NCBI GenBank assembly: GCA_040390045.1
Contig: JAZJZC010000002.1
Span: forward strand, 101,113 to 165,112
Length of the DNA stretch: 64,000 nucleotides
Source: Patescibacteria group bacterium
GTDB taxonomy: Bacteria; Patescibacteriota; Minisyncoccia; Phycocordibacterales; SIBU01
Direction of reading: 5' to 3'
Position numbers and translations under genes: made by a program. The notes under the pieces were generated by a model, which searched no databases, was not told where the DNA came from, and worked only from the letters and a program-made list of their open reading frames with translations. Positions within the stretch are counted from its first letter, which is position 1, and the number at the start of each line of letters is the position of its first letter. Below, piece by piece: positions 20,034 through 28,168 of the stretch.

Positions 20034-21740
20034 ATGAGCGTTTTAGACATACTCGTTGAAAAAAAACTAATCGCTGCCTCGGACATTCCGCAAATCAAAC
20101 AAGAAGTTGATAGGGCTGGAGGCAACCTTGACTCAGTGCTCGAAAAGCGCGGTATATCTCCTGCTGAAATATTGGCAAGTAAGGCAGATTACCTCGGCAT
20201 TCCTTTTATGAGTCTTGATGGCGTGACCGTACCTTTCGATATTTTGAAATACGTTCCAGAAGAATCGGCGGCCTACTATAAATTTGTGCCGATTAGTTTA
20301 AAAGAGGGCGTGCTTGATGTTGGTATTGTTGATCCTGACAATATCGAAGCGCGTGACGCTCTGAATTTCATTTCTACGAAAATTGATTTGCCTTTCAAGC
20401 TTTTTATTATTTCTCAGAAAGATTTTCAACGAGTGGTTGAGTCATATAAAGGATTATCCGGTGAAGTGACGCAGGCGCTTTCTGAACTCGAAACAGAACT
20501 GACTACCGACGACGCCTTGGAGCTCGGTGAAGACAAAGGTGACGGTGAAACTCGTATTATTGAAGATGCGCCGGTTACTAAAATTGTGGCTACGATTTTG
20601 CACTACGCCACCGAAGGCGACGCGTCGGATATTCACATTGAAAATGTAGGGGATAAGGTGCGCGTTCGCTTTCGAGTGGATGGAGTTTTAAATACCAGCC
20701 TCTTGCTTCCGATCAAGGTCTATTCGGCCGTGATCGCCCGTATCAAAATACTTTCCAACATGCGTCTCGATGAAAAACGTAAACCACAAGACGGTCGTTT
20801 TTCCGCAAAAATCGAAGGCCGTAAAGTCGACTTTCGTGTTTCTTCTTTGCCTGCGTATTATGGAGAAAAAATTGTAATGCGAATTCTCGATGCTGAAAAG
20901 GGAGTCAGCCCTATTGATAAAATGGGTCTTTCCCCGAGAAATTTGAAATTGCTTCGAGATGCGATCAACAAACCGTACGGCATGATTTTGATTTCAGGTC
21001 CGACCGGTTCTGGTAAATCAAGTACGCTCTACTCGATGCTAAACGAGGTGGATCGCGAGAAAAAAAATGTGATTTCGCTCGAAGATCCAGTTGAATACAA
21101 TATTGCTGGCATGAACCAATCTCAAGTGCGTCCGGAAATCGGATACACCTTTGCCAACGGGTTGCGTTCGATTTTGCGACAGGACCCCGACATTATCATG
21201 GTGGGAGAAATCCGCGATAAAGAAACGGCACTTCTCGCTGTGCAAGCGGCGCTCACGGGACATTTGGTGCTTTCCACTATTCACACTAACAATGCTGCTG
21301 GAGTAATTCCACGTTTGATTGACATGGGAGTTGATCCGTACTTGATTGCGCCGACCTTGATTCTCGCTATTGCTCAGCGATTGGTCAGTCTCATTTGTCC
21401 GGGATCAGGTAAAGAGGTTCCCATTTCAGGCAGTTTGAAAATGATGATGGATAAAGGATTTGAAGATTTACCTGCTGAGTTTAAGAAAGAGGTACCGACG
21501 AGCACTACGGTTTCTGAGTTGTGCCCAACACCCGAATGTCCAAAAGGCACGCGCGGTAGAGTGGCGGTATTTGAAATATTGCAGATGAGCGCTGCGCTTG
21601 AACAGGTGATTTTACACAATCCGACAGAACCCGAATTATTTAAAGTTGGGCGAAAGCAGGGGATGTTTACGTTGAAAGAAGACGCGTTAATTAAGGCGTT
21701 ACGGCAGGAAATTCCAATGGAAGAAGTTAATAAGTTGTAA
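20034..21740 (+). CDS. pilB: Type IV pilus extension ATPase PilB (GspE/PulE family)
   Basis: N-terminal domain, ASDIHIE, PQDGRF, GPTGSGKSST, LRQDPDIIMVGEIRD. Confidence 0.93.
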   Translation: MSVLDILVEKKLIAASDIPQIKQEVDRAGGNLDSVLEKRGISPAEILASKADYLGIPFMSLDGVTVPFDILKYVPEESAAYYKFVPISLKEGVLDVGIVDPDNIEARDALNFISTKIDLPFKLFIISQKDFQRVVESYKGLSGEVTQALSELETELTTDDALELGEDKGDGETRIIEDAPVTKIVATILHYATEGDASDIHIENVGDKVRVRFRVDGVLNTSLLLPIKVYSAVIARIKILSNMRLDEKRKPQDGRFSAKIEGRKVDFRVSSLPAYYGEKIVMRILDAEKGVSPIDKMGLSPRNLKLLRDAINKPYGMILISGPTGSGKSSTLYSMLNEVDREKKNVISLEDPVEYNIAGMNQSQVRPEIGYTFANGLRSILRQDPDIIMVGEIRDKETALLAVQAALTGHLVLSTIHTNNAAGVIPRLIDMGVDPYLIAPTLILAIAQRLVSLICPGSGKEVPISGSLKMMMDKGFEDLPAEFKKEVPTSTTVSELCPTPECPKGTRGRVAVFEILQMSAALEQVILHNPTEPELFKVGRKQGMFTLKEDALIKALRQEIPMEEVNKL

Positions 21741-21862
21741 TTTCAATACGAAAATACGAAAAAGGTTACGAATATACGAACTTATACAAAAACTTTTTTG
21801 CAGTCACTACGGTTTTCGTACAATTTCGTATTTTCGTTAGTCCGCATTTCGTATCGAAGGAC
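21741..21862. repeat. TACGAA/TTCGTA inverted-repeat element, copy 1
   Basis: Four TACGAA units, core, then TTCGTA units; 39 bp identical to 35858-35896. Confidence 0.9.
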
Positions 21863-21909
21863 AGGTGGAGCATTTTCGTCTATACTATAAATTTGATATA
21901 CTTATAAAC

Positions 21910-22317
21910 ATGCCCGAGGATAAAAAACAAAAAGTTTTGATTATTGACGACGATGAGTTTCTTTTGAATATGTACTCGATGAAATTTAAAAAGTCGGGTT
22001 TTGAAATTGATACCGCGAAGAGCGGTAGTAGTGCGCTCAGTAAGATAAAAGAGGGTTCCAACCCTGATATTGTATTGCTTGATTTGGTAATGCCTGACAT
22101 GGATGGGCTAGAACTTTTAGGGACGTTGCGTAAGGAAAAATTGCTACCGAACGCTTCGGTTATTATTTTGAGTAATCAGAATCAACAGACAGATGTCGAC
22201 CGAGCGAAAAGTCTCGGTGTTGCTGGGTACATCGTTAAGGCCAGCTCTATTCCATCGGAAGTAGTGAGCGAAGTGGAACGAATTATTGCAACACCGGGCG
22301 CGAGCGTGAAAAAATAA
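21910..22317 (+). CDS. Single-domain response regulator (receiver)
   Basis: VLIIDDD, PDIVLLDLVMPDMDG, VIILS, GYIVK. Confidence 0.92.
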   Translation: MPEDKKQKVLIIDDDEFLLNMYSMKFKKSGFEIDTAKSGSSALSKIKEGSNPDIVLLDLVMPDMDGLELLGTLRKEKLLPNASVIILSNQNQQTDVDRAKSLGVAGYIVKASSIPSEVVSEVERIIATPGASVKK

Positions 22318-22326
22318 TGTAAACCA

Positions 22327-23394
22327 ATGTCAATTGATTACAACAAAGAATTGGAGGAGCTCATTGAGTACGTCATTAAAGAAGGCGGGTCTGATTTGCA
22401 TATTTCTGTAGGACGTCCACCGACTATTAGAGTGGCCGGCTCTTTAATTCCACTTGTCAAAAAGCCGAAACTGACAGAGGCCGACACCATGAGTCTTATT
22501 GAGATACTTTTAACTCCTGATAAGAGAGAACGTTTTTTGAGGGAGCATGAAGTGGATTTTTCCTATAGCTACAAAAATCGCGTCAGGTTTCGAGGTAACG
22601 GTTTTTTCCAACAAGAAAAAGTTTCGATTGCTCTGCGATTAATTCCCAAGGATATCAAAAATTTCGCTGACCTTTCTTTACCACCAATTTTGGAAACCTT
22701 TGCCCAGAGGCACCAGGGATTTTTCTTGGTTGTCGGCCCGATCGGCCAAGGAAAAACGACAACTCTCGCTTCAATGATCGAGTACATCAATACCACTCGA
22801 GCAGAACATATTATGACTATCGAAGATCCGATAGAGTATGTCTACGAAGAAAAAATGTCGATCATTGACCAGCGCGAGGTGGGCATTGATACCAAAGATT
22901 TTGCCAAGGCGCTCAGTAGTGTGTTTCGCGAAGATATAAATGTGGTGATGATTGGAGAAATGCGCGATCCGGAAACTATTTCGACCGCGGTTACCGCCGC
23001 TGAGACCGGACACTTAGTGCTTTCCACCTTGCATACCAATAACGCTTCGCAAACCATTGACCGTATTATTGACTCTTTTCCTTCTGGCCAGCAAGAGCAA
23101 ATTAGAATTCAACTCGCAGGAAGTTTGACTGGAATATTTTCCCAGCGATTGATCCCTCGAATTTCTGGGGGTTTAATTCCAGCCTACGAACTTTTGATTA
23201 ACAACAACGCCGTGGCCAACTTGATTCGCGAAAAACGTACTCACGAAATCGATACAATTATTGAAACGGGATTACAGCTTGGCATGATCGATATGAATCG
23301 CACCTTGGCAGATCTCGTTCGGGCAGGGGAGATTAGCAGTGAGAACGCTTTGTTGTATTCAGTAAATCCGAAGTCGTTGGAGCACCTTATGTAA
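22327..23394 (+). CDS. pilT: Type IV pilus retraction ATPase PilT
   Basis: SDLHIS, Walker A GPIGQGKTTT, IEDPIEY, TAAETGHLVLSTLHT, AIRNLIRE-like 'AVANLIRE'. Confidence 0.93.
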   Translation: MSIDYNKELEELIEYVIKEGGSDLHISVGRPPTIRVAGSLIPLVKKPKLTEADTMSLIEILLTPDKRERFLREHEVDFSYSYKNRVRFRGNGFFQQEKVSIALRLIPKDIKNFADLSLPPILETFAQRHQGFFLVVGPIGQGKTTTLASMIEYINTTRAEHIMTIEDPIEYVYEEKMSIIDQREVGIDTKDFAKALSSVFREDINVVMIGEMRDPETISTAVTAAETGHLVLSTLHTNNASQTIDRIIDSFPSGQQEQIRIQLAGSLTGIFSQRLIPRISGGLIPAYELLINNNAVANLIREKRTHEIDTIIETGLQLGMIDMNRTLADLVRAGEISSENALLYSVNPKSLEHLM

Positions 23395-23546
23395 CGATAC
23401 GAAAATACGAAATGAAAACGAAAATACGAAATCATACAAAAACTTTTCCGGTGCCATTACGGTTTTCGTTTATAATTTTGCTCACACGTTTAATAAATGC
23501 GTCAGTTTTCGTATAGTTTCGTATTTTCGTATAATAATTTCGTATC
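23395..23546. repeat. TACGAA/TTCGTA inverted-repeat element, copy 2 (fills whole pilT-pilC gap)
   Basis: GATACGAAA at 23396 pairs with TTTCGTATC ending at 23546. Confidence 0.9.
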
Positions 23547-24752
23547 ATGTTATTTAATTACCAAGCACTCGACAATCAAAGCCAGACAGTCAAAGGTTCA
23601 ATTGATGCTATTTCAATTGATGTAGCGATCAGTTCTCTTCAGCATAGAGGATTTATTATTTCCTCGATTGCTCCTGCATCGGGCGGCACTGGTTTGAACA
23701 TGCAGATTAACTGGTTCAATCGTATCAAGACAAAAGATATTGTGCTTCTCTCAAGGCAACTTGCCACGCTTTTTCAAGCCCAGGTTTCTGCGTTAAGAAT
23801 TTTCCGGTTGATTTCGGCTGAGGCTGAAAATCCAACCCTTCAGTCTAAGCTTTTAGAAATTGCCGACGACTTGCAAGGCGGCAATTCTATTTCTAAATCG
23901 CTTTCAAAACACCCAGATGTTTTTTCTGATTTTTATGTCAACATGGTTCGTTCCGGTGAAGAGGCGGGGAAGCTCGATCAAACGTTCGAATATCTTGCTG
24001 ACTATCTTGAACGCTCGTATGAAATTCTTTCCAAGGCTCGTGGCGCCTTGATATACCCGGCGTTCGTAGTTGTGGTGTTTATTTCCGTGATGGTCTTGAT
24101 GCTCGTTCTTGTGATACCAAACTTAAGCGCCACCTTAATTGAGTCTGGACAGGAAATACCTGTGTACACGAAAGGTGTTATTGCTGTCAGCAATCTTTTT
24201 GTCCATTACGGTATTATTCTTTTAATTGTTGTAGTTGGGGGAGGCGTCGGTATTTGGAGGTGGGGGAAGACAAAAACTGGAGCTTTAGCCATTGACACTT
24301 TTAAATTAAAAGTTCCATACCTCGGCACTCTCTATAGCAAAATTTATTTAGCTCGTATTTCAGATAACCTAAACACATTGTTGCAGTCTGCTATACCAAT
24401 TGTTAAAACCTTGGAAATTACATCCTCTGTTATCGACAACGTAGTATATAAGGCGATTTTGAGTGACACGATTGAAGGGGTCAAGGCGGGGAACTCAATT
24501 TCAGATTCCATGGGACGACACCCAGAAATTCCAGGTATCATGATCCAGATGATGAAGGTGGGAGAAGAAACCGGTGAGCTCGGATCAATTCTCAAAACCT
24601 TATCTCGCTTTTATGCCCGTGAAGTTTCTAATGCAGTCGATGCACTTGTTAGTCTCATTGAGCCAGCCATGGTGGTAGGTCTTGGATTGGGCGTCGGATT
24701 CCTCTTTGCTGCCATCCTTATCCCGATTTACAACATCTCGGCGGCGCAATAA
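23547..24752 (+). CDS. pilC: Type IV pilus platform protein PilC
   Basis: FNYQALD start, SRQLATL, GEEAGKL, ALIYPA, GEETGEL, LIEP, PIY. Confidence 0.93.
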   Translation: MLFNYQALDNQSQTVKGSIDAISIDVAISSLQHRGFIISSIAPASGGTGLNMQINWFNRIKTKDIVLLSRQLATLFQAQVSALRIFRLISAEAENPTLQSKLLEIADDLQGGNSISKSLSKHPDVFSDFYVNMVRSGEEAGKLDQTFEYLADYLERSYEILSKARGALIYPAFVVVVFISVMVLMLVLVIPNLSATLIESGQEIPVYTKGVIAVSNLFVHYGIILLIVVVGGGVGIWRWGKTKTGALAIDTFKLKVPYLGTLYSKIYLARISDNLNTLLQSAIPIVKTLEITSSVIDNVVYKAILSDTIEGVKAGNSISDSMGRHPEIPGIMIQMMKVGEETGELGSILKTLSRFYAREVSNAVDALVSLIEPAMVVGLGLGVGFLFAAILIPIYNISAAQ

Positions 24753-25205
24753 ACACATAGCATGTAACACGTAACATGGAGCATGGAACAGAAGAGTCAA
24801 ATACGGAGAAAACATTCCACCAGAAGCTCCAGTTAAAAATTGATGAGTATGTCCACGGGGTGTATGCACTTAGTAAAAAATTCCCAAAGGAGGAAGCGTA
24901 TGGCATAACCTCTCAGCTAAGGCGAGCAAGTCTTTCTGTCCCGCTTAATTACATTGAGGGGTATGCGCGACAGAGGGATAAGGTCTACAAAAATTTTCTT
25001 GAAATTTCCTACGGTTCCCTGAAAGAATCCTTATATCTGATTAAGTTTTCTTATGACGAAAATCTAATTTCTAAAGAACAATATGAAAAATATATTAGTC
25101 TAGGAGATGAAATAGGCGCAATGATATGGTCAATTTTGCGCAAAATCTAGTCTTCTGGCCTCTTTATCCCCCCTTGTTGCATGCTACGTGCTCCATGTTC
25201 CATGA
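24753..25205. mobile_element. Candidate element: heptamer inverted-repeat arms enclosing a four-helix-bundle gene
   Basis: Left arm CATGTAA CACGTAA CATGGAG CATGGAA CAGAAGA; right TCTTCTG...TGTTGCA TGCTACG TGCTCCA TGTTCCA TG. Confidence 0.6.
24776..25150 (+). CDS. Four helix bundle protein (23S rRNA IVS protein/TIGR02436-like, Avd-like fold)
   Basis: FPKEEAYGITSQLRRASLSVPLNYIEGYAR...FLEISYGSLKE signature. Confidence 0.9.
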   Translation: MEHGTEESNTEKTFHQKLQLKIDEYVHGVYALSKKFPKEEAYGITSQLRRASLSVPLNYIEGYARQRDKVYKNFLEISYGSLKESLYLIKFSYDENLISKEQYEKYISLGDEIGAMIWSILRKI

Positions 25206-25214
25206 TTCAGCCCG

Positions 25215-25257
25215 TTATCCACACCCCTTTTCAAACTTGAAACGAAAGGAGTATAAT
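25215..25257 (+). promoter_or_regulatory. DnaA box plus sigma70-like promoter upstream of first major pilin
   Basis: TTATCCACA 25215-25223; TTCAAA 25230 - 16 nt - TATAAT 25252. Confidence 0.55.
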
Positions 25258-25352
25258 AGACCCATAGTAAATAACAGCCACTCTGAATGTATTAAGGAGA
25301 GGGCGGTCGAGCGGTTTAAAAAAATTATTAATTATTAAAATTTTTTAACATA

Positions 25353-25718
25353 ATGAAAAATTCAAAAGGTTTTACCCTTATCGAACTTTTGGTAGTTATC
25401 GCAATTATCGGTATCTTGTCTTCTGTTGTTTTGGTTAGCCTTAACAGTGCTCGCCAGAGAGCTAAGGATGCCGCCTTCAAAGCTGAGGCCACTGGAATAG
25501 TTCCAGGACTTGTAAGCATCTGTGATCAGGCCAACGTTGTTGTCGGTGATTTGGGTAGTCCTTCTACTTACTCGGCAGCTGCTGCTTTTGGAACAATTGT
25601 TCAGAGCTGTGGATCTTCTGGAACAGGAGTTTGGACTATGACAGTGACTGCAACCAACGGCGCCGTTTCTACTGCTGATGTTGCTGCATGTTCACAAAGT
25701 GGTTGTACATTCAGTTAG
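25353..25718 (+). CDS. Type IV pilin (probable major pilin), paralog 1
   Basis: KG|[20 protein letters not shown]; four Cys; own promoter and strong terminator. Confidence 0.92.
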   Translation: MKNSKGFTLIELLVVIAIIGILSSVVLVSLNSARQRAKDAAFKAEATGIVPGLVSICDQANVVVGDLGSPSTYSAAAAFGTIVQSCGSSGTGVWTMTVTATNGAVSTADVAACSQSGCTFS

Positions 25719-25736
25719 ATCTTTTTCTCAAGCTAG

Positions 25737-25778
25737 TTTAAAAAAACAAAGCCCTTTGCCGGGCTTTGTTTTTTTAAA
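25737..25778 (+). terminator. Intrinsic terminator
   Basis: 18-bp stem TTTAAAAAAACAAAGCCC/GGGCTTTGTTTTTTTAAA. Confidence 0.8.
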
Positions 25779-25779
25779 G

Positions 25780-25908
25780 CGAACGAAAAATGTTACTATG
25801 GGGAGAGGCCTTTTTGATATAACATTTACGCCTTTTGCACTGGGGATTGGCGGAGCTTGTACTTCAGCTACTATGACGCAAGGATATGTTACATATGTGG
25901 GGTGTTAA
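25780..25908 (+). pseudogene. Orphan pilin C-terminal fragment
   Basis: Reads ...NVTMGRGLFDITFTPFALGIGGACTSATMTQGYVTYVGC*; no pilin N-terminus. Confidence 0.5.
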
Positions 25909-25963
25909 CAAGTCATTAAATTAAAATTGTTACCCAATGACCCTTTCCGCTCCGTGTCGAATG

Positions 25964-25972
25964 TGTGGATAA
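25964..25972 (-). promoter_or_regulatory. DnaA box upstream of second pilin
   Basis: TGTGGATAA = reverse complement of TTATCCACA; TACAAT follows about 20 nt later. Confidence 0.5.
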
Positions 25973-26025
25973 GTAGATTTCACTTTTAGTGTACAATAGA
26001 GCAATTAAGAACTAATTTATTTTTT

Positions 26026-26394
26026 ATGCAGTTACGCCAAAAAGGTTTTACTTTAATTGAGCTTCTCGTGGTTATCGCAATTATCGGTATTCTGTCTAGT
26101 GTTGTTTTAGTAAGTCTTAATAGCGCTCGCCAAAGGAGTAAAGATGCTGCATTTAAGGCAGAAGCTCGTGGTGTGGTGGCTGGAATAAATAGTATATGTA
26201 ATGAGGTTTCAGTAGTGGTTGCTGATCTCAAAACGCCATCAACTTACAGTGCCGCTGCCGCTTTTGGAACCATGGTGCAGAATTGCGGTTCTTCAGGAAC
26301 AGGTGTGTGGACTATGACTATAACGGCAACCAACGGGGCAGTTTCTACGGCTAATGTTGCTGCATGCTCCCAGGGTGGTTGTACTTTCAGTTAA
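26026..26394 (+). CDS. Type IV pilin, paralog 2
   Basis: 98/116 residues identical to 25353 pilin from the GFTLIE motif onward (manual count). Confidence 0.92.
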   Translation: MQLRQKGFTLIELLVVIAIIGILSSVVLVSLNSARQRSKDAAFKAEARGVVAGINSICNEVSVVVADLKTPSTYSAAAAFGTMVQNCGSSGTGVWTMTITATNGAVSTANVAACSQGGCTFS

Positions 26395-26478
26395 TTCTTT
26401 AAGTATCAAAGAATACTATTGTGTGAGAGGCAGGAATCTGTCTAGGGTGGTTGTTTATATTTTCTTAACTATTTATTT

Positions 26479-26964
26479 ATGAATGATCAGACAAAAATCA
26501 AAAGCTACGGATTTACTCTCATCGAACTTTTGGTTGTGATTGCTATTGTGGGTATCTTATCTTCCGTGGTATTGATGAATTTAAATGGTGCTCGCGCAAG
26601 GTCTCGAGATGTGAAGCGTATTGCCGATGTCAAAAGCTTACAACTCGCGTTGGAATTGTATTTTGATAACAATCGTAGCTACCCCGCAACACTTTCAGTT
26701 TTGACTGCGGCGCCAACTTACATTTCCCCAGTTCCGACTCCTCCCGAAGGTGGTAGTTATGTGTATAGGCCGATTACTATCGGAGGTACTTGTAATAGCT
26801 ATCATTTGGGTGCGGTTTTGGAACAAAGTACTAGTGCTGAATTACTAACTGATGCAGACCCTCCTACGGGAAGTGTTTGCAGTGGAGCTGCGGATTTCAG
26901 TGGTGTAAGTACTGACTGTGGGACTGGTTCTGGAGCGGAGAGATGTTTCGATGTTGCGCCATAA
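26479..26964 (+). CDS. Type IV pilin/pseudopilin (GspG-like)
   Basis: G|FTLIELLVV; ARARSRDVKRIADVKSLQLALELYF...YP. Confidence 0.9.
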   Translation: MNDQTKIKSYGFTLIELLVVIAIVGILSSVVLMNLNGARARSRDVKRIADVKSLQLALELYFDNNRSYPATLSVLTAAPTYISPVPTPPEGGSYVYRPITIGGTCNSYHLGAVLEQSTSAELLTDADPPTGSVCSGAADFSGVSTDCGTGSGAERCFDVAP

Positions 26965-26987
26965 ATTAAAATAGCCAATTTTGTTGA

Positions 26988-27024
26988 GAAAACGCCGGCT
27001 GGGCTTTGCCCAGCCGGCGTTTTC
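26988..27024 (+). terminator. Intrinsic terminator
   Basis: GAAAACGCCGGCTGGGC-TTT-GCCCAGCCGGCGTTTTC. Confidence 0.8.
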
Positions 27025-27067
27025 GTTTAGCGGAAAAGTTACTCACGGAGTATAATAGAGGAGTGGG

Positions 27068-27206
27068 TCCCGTAGTAGAAAATGGCGTTGCTGTTTGCTA
27101 CAACAAGTTTTTAAAGTAACGCTAGATTGTAATTTACAAAACTTAATTTAATTTAAATTTGGTACAAGTTGCTTCACAGCAAACGACGCCATTTTTCACT
27201 ACCGGA
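27068..27206. repeat. Long imperfect inverted repeat between promoter and pilD start
   Basis: TCCCGTAGTAGAAAATGGCGT...GTTTGCT pairs with AGCAAACGACGCCATTTTTCACTACCGGA. Confidence 0.65.
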
Positions 27207-28069
27207 TGGAAATTCTAACAACATTCCTCTTTTTTATTTTCGGCACCATTGTCGGAAGTTTTTTAAATGTTGTCATTCTCCGCTTTAACACTGGTGGGAC
27301 GCTCGGAGGGAGATCCCATTGTTTTACGTGTGGCAAAGACATCGCGTGGTACGACCTCGTGCCGTTGTGGAGTTTTTTATTTTTAGGCGGCACATGTCGT
27401 TTTTGCAAAAGTAAAATTTCATTTCAGTATCCCTTAGTTGAATTTCTAGCTGGTTTAATTTTTGCCATATCTTTCTGCCAATTTTCTCCTCAAGTTTCCT
27501 TGCTCGGCCTCTACCATACTACCGACTATCTACTATTCTCTATCTCTCTCATCATCTACTCTCTCTTGATTGTTATTGCCGTATATGATTTCCGTCACCA
27601 AATTATTCCCGACCTGTTAGTTTTTTTGTTCGCGATTTTTGCCTTGCTCAAATTATTTTTAATGAACGATGTGTCTGCGTTGTTTATGTTTCCCGGACTA
27701 CTCAATCTTTTAGCCGGACCACTGTTAGCCTTGCCGCTATTTCTCCTGTGGTTAGTTTCTCGTGGCAGATGGATTGGGCTTGGCGATGCCAAACTGATGC
27801 TCGGCGTTGGTTGGTTTTTAGGTTTCACTCTTGGCGCCTCGGCAATGATTATCGGTTTTTGGATAGGAGCTCTTGTTTCTGTCTTACTTCTCGGTCTCGG
27901 GAAACTTATGAAAGCCAGTTTCGGGCAATTTCTGGGTTTGAGTTTCAGCCTGAAAAATCTTACAATTAAGAGCGAAGTTCCTCTGGCGCCGTTTCTCATC
28001 CTCGGATTCTTTATAGCGGCCTTTTTCAAAATTGATGTTTTGGGATTGAGTTCAATGTTTTCTATATGA
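27206..28069 (+). CDS. pilD: Prepilin peptidase PilD (A24)
   Basis: GSFLNVVILR, RSHCFTC, WYDLVP, CRFC, YPLVE, YD..HQIIPD, GLGDAKL, PLAPF. Confidence 0.95.
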   Translation: MEILTTFLFFIFGTIVGSFLNVVILRFNTGGTLGGRSHCFTCGKDIAWYDLVPLWSFLFLGGTCRFCKSKISFQYPLVEFLAGLIFAISFCQFSPQVSLLGLYHTTDYLLFSISLIIYSLLIVIAVYDFRHQIIPDLLVFLFAIFALLKLFLMNDVSALFMFPGLLNLLAGPLLALPLFLLWLVSRGRWIGLGDAKLMLGVGWFLGFTLGASAMIIGFWIGALVSVLLLGLGKLMKASFGQFLGLSFSLKNLTIKSEVPLAPFLILGFFIAAFFKIDVLGLSSMFSI

Positions 28070-28168
28070 ATTAAGAATTATGAATTATGAATTAAGAAAA
28101 CAAAAAGATAAGTCGCGGAAGTGCTTTCCCAGGTTTTTCCATAATTCCTACTTCCTGATTCCTAATTC
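28068..28168. repeat. GAATTAW heptamer inverted-repeat element forming a prepilin leader
   Basis: GAATTAA GAATTAT GAATTAT GAATTAA ... ATAATTC CTACTTC CTGATTC CTAATTC. Confidence 0.85.

Noticed and set aside
25215-25972. Replication origin
   Set aside because: Only isolated DnaA boxes separated by a gene; no box cluster, dnaA or dnaN.
24776-26394. Diversity-generating retroelement (Avd-like gene next to duplicated pilins)
   Set aside because: No reverse transcriptase in the window, and the pilin differences are general synonymous changes, not adenine-specific TR/VR mismatches.
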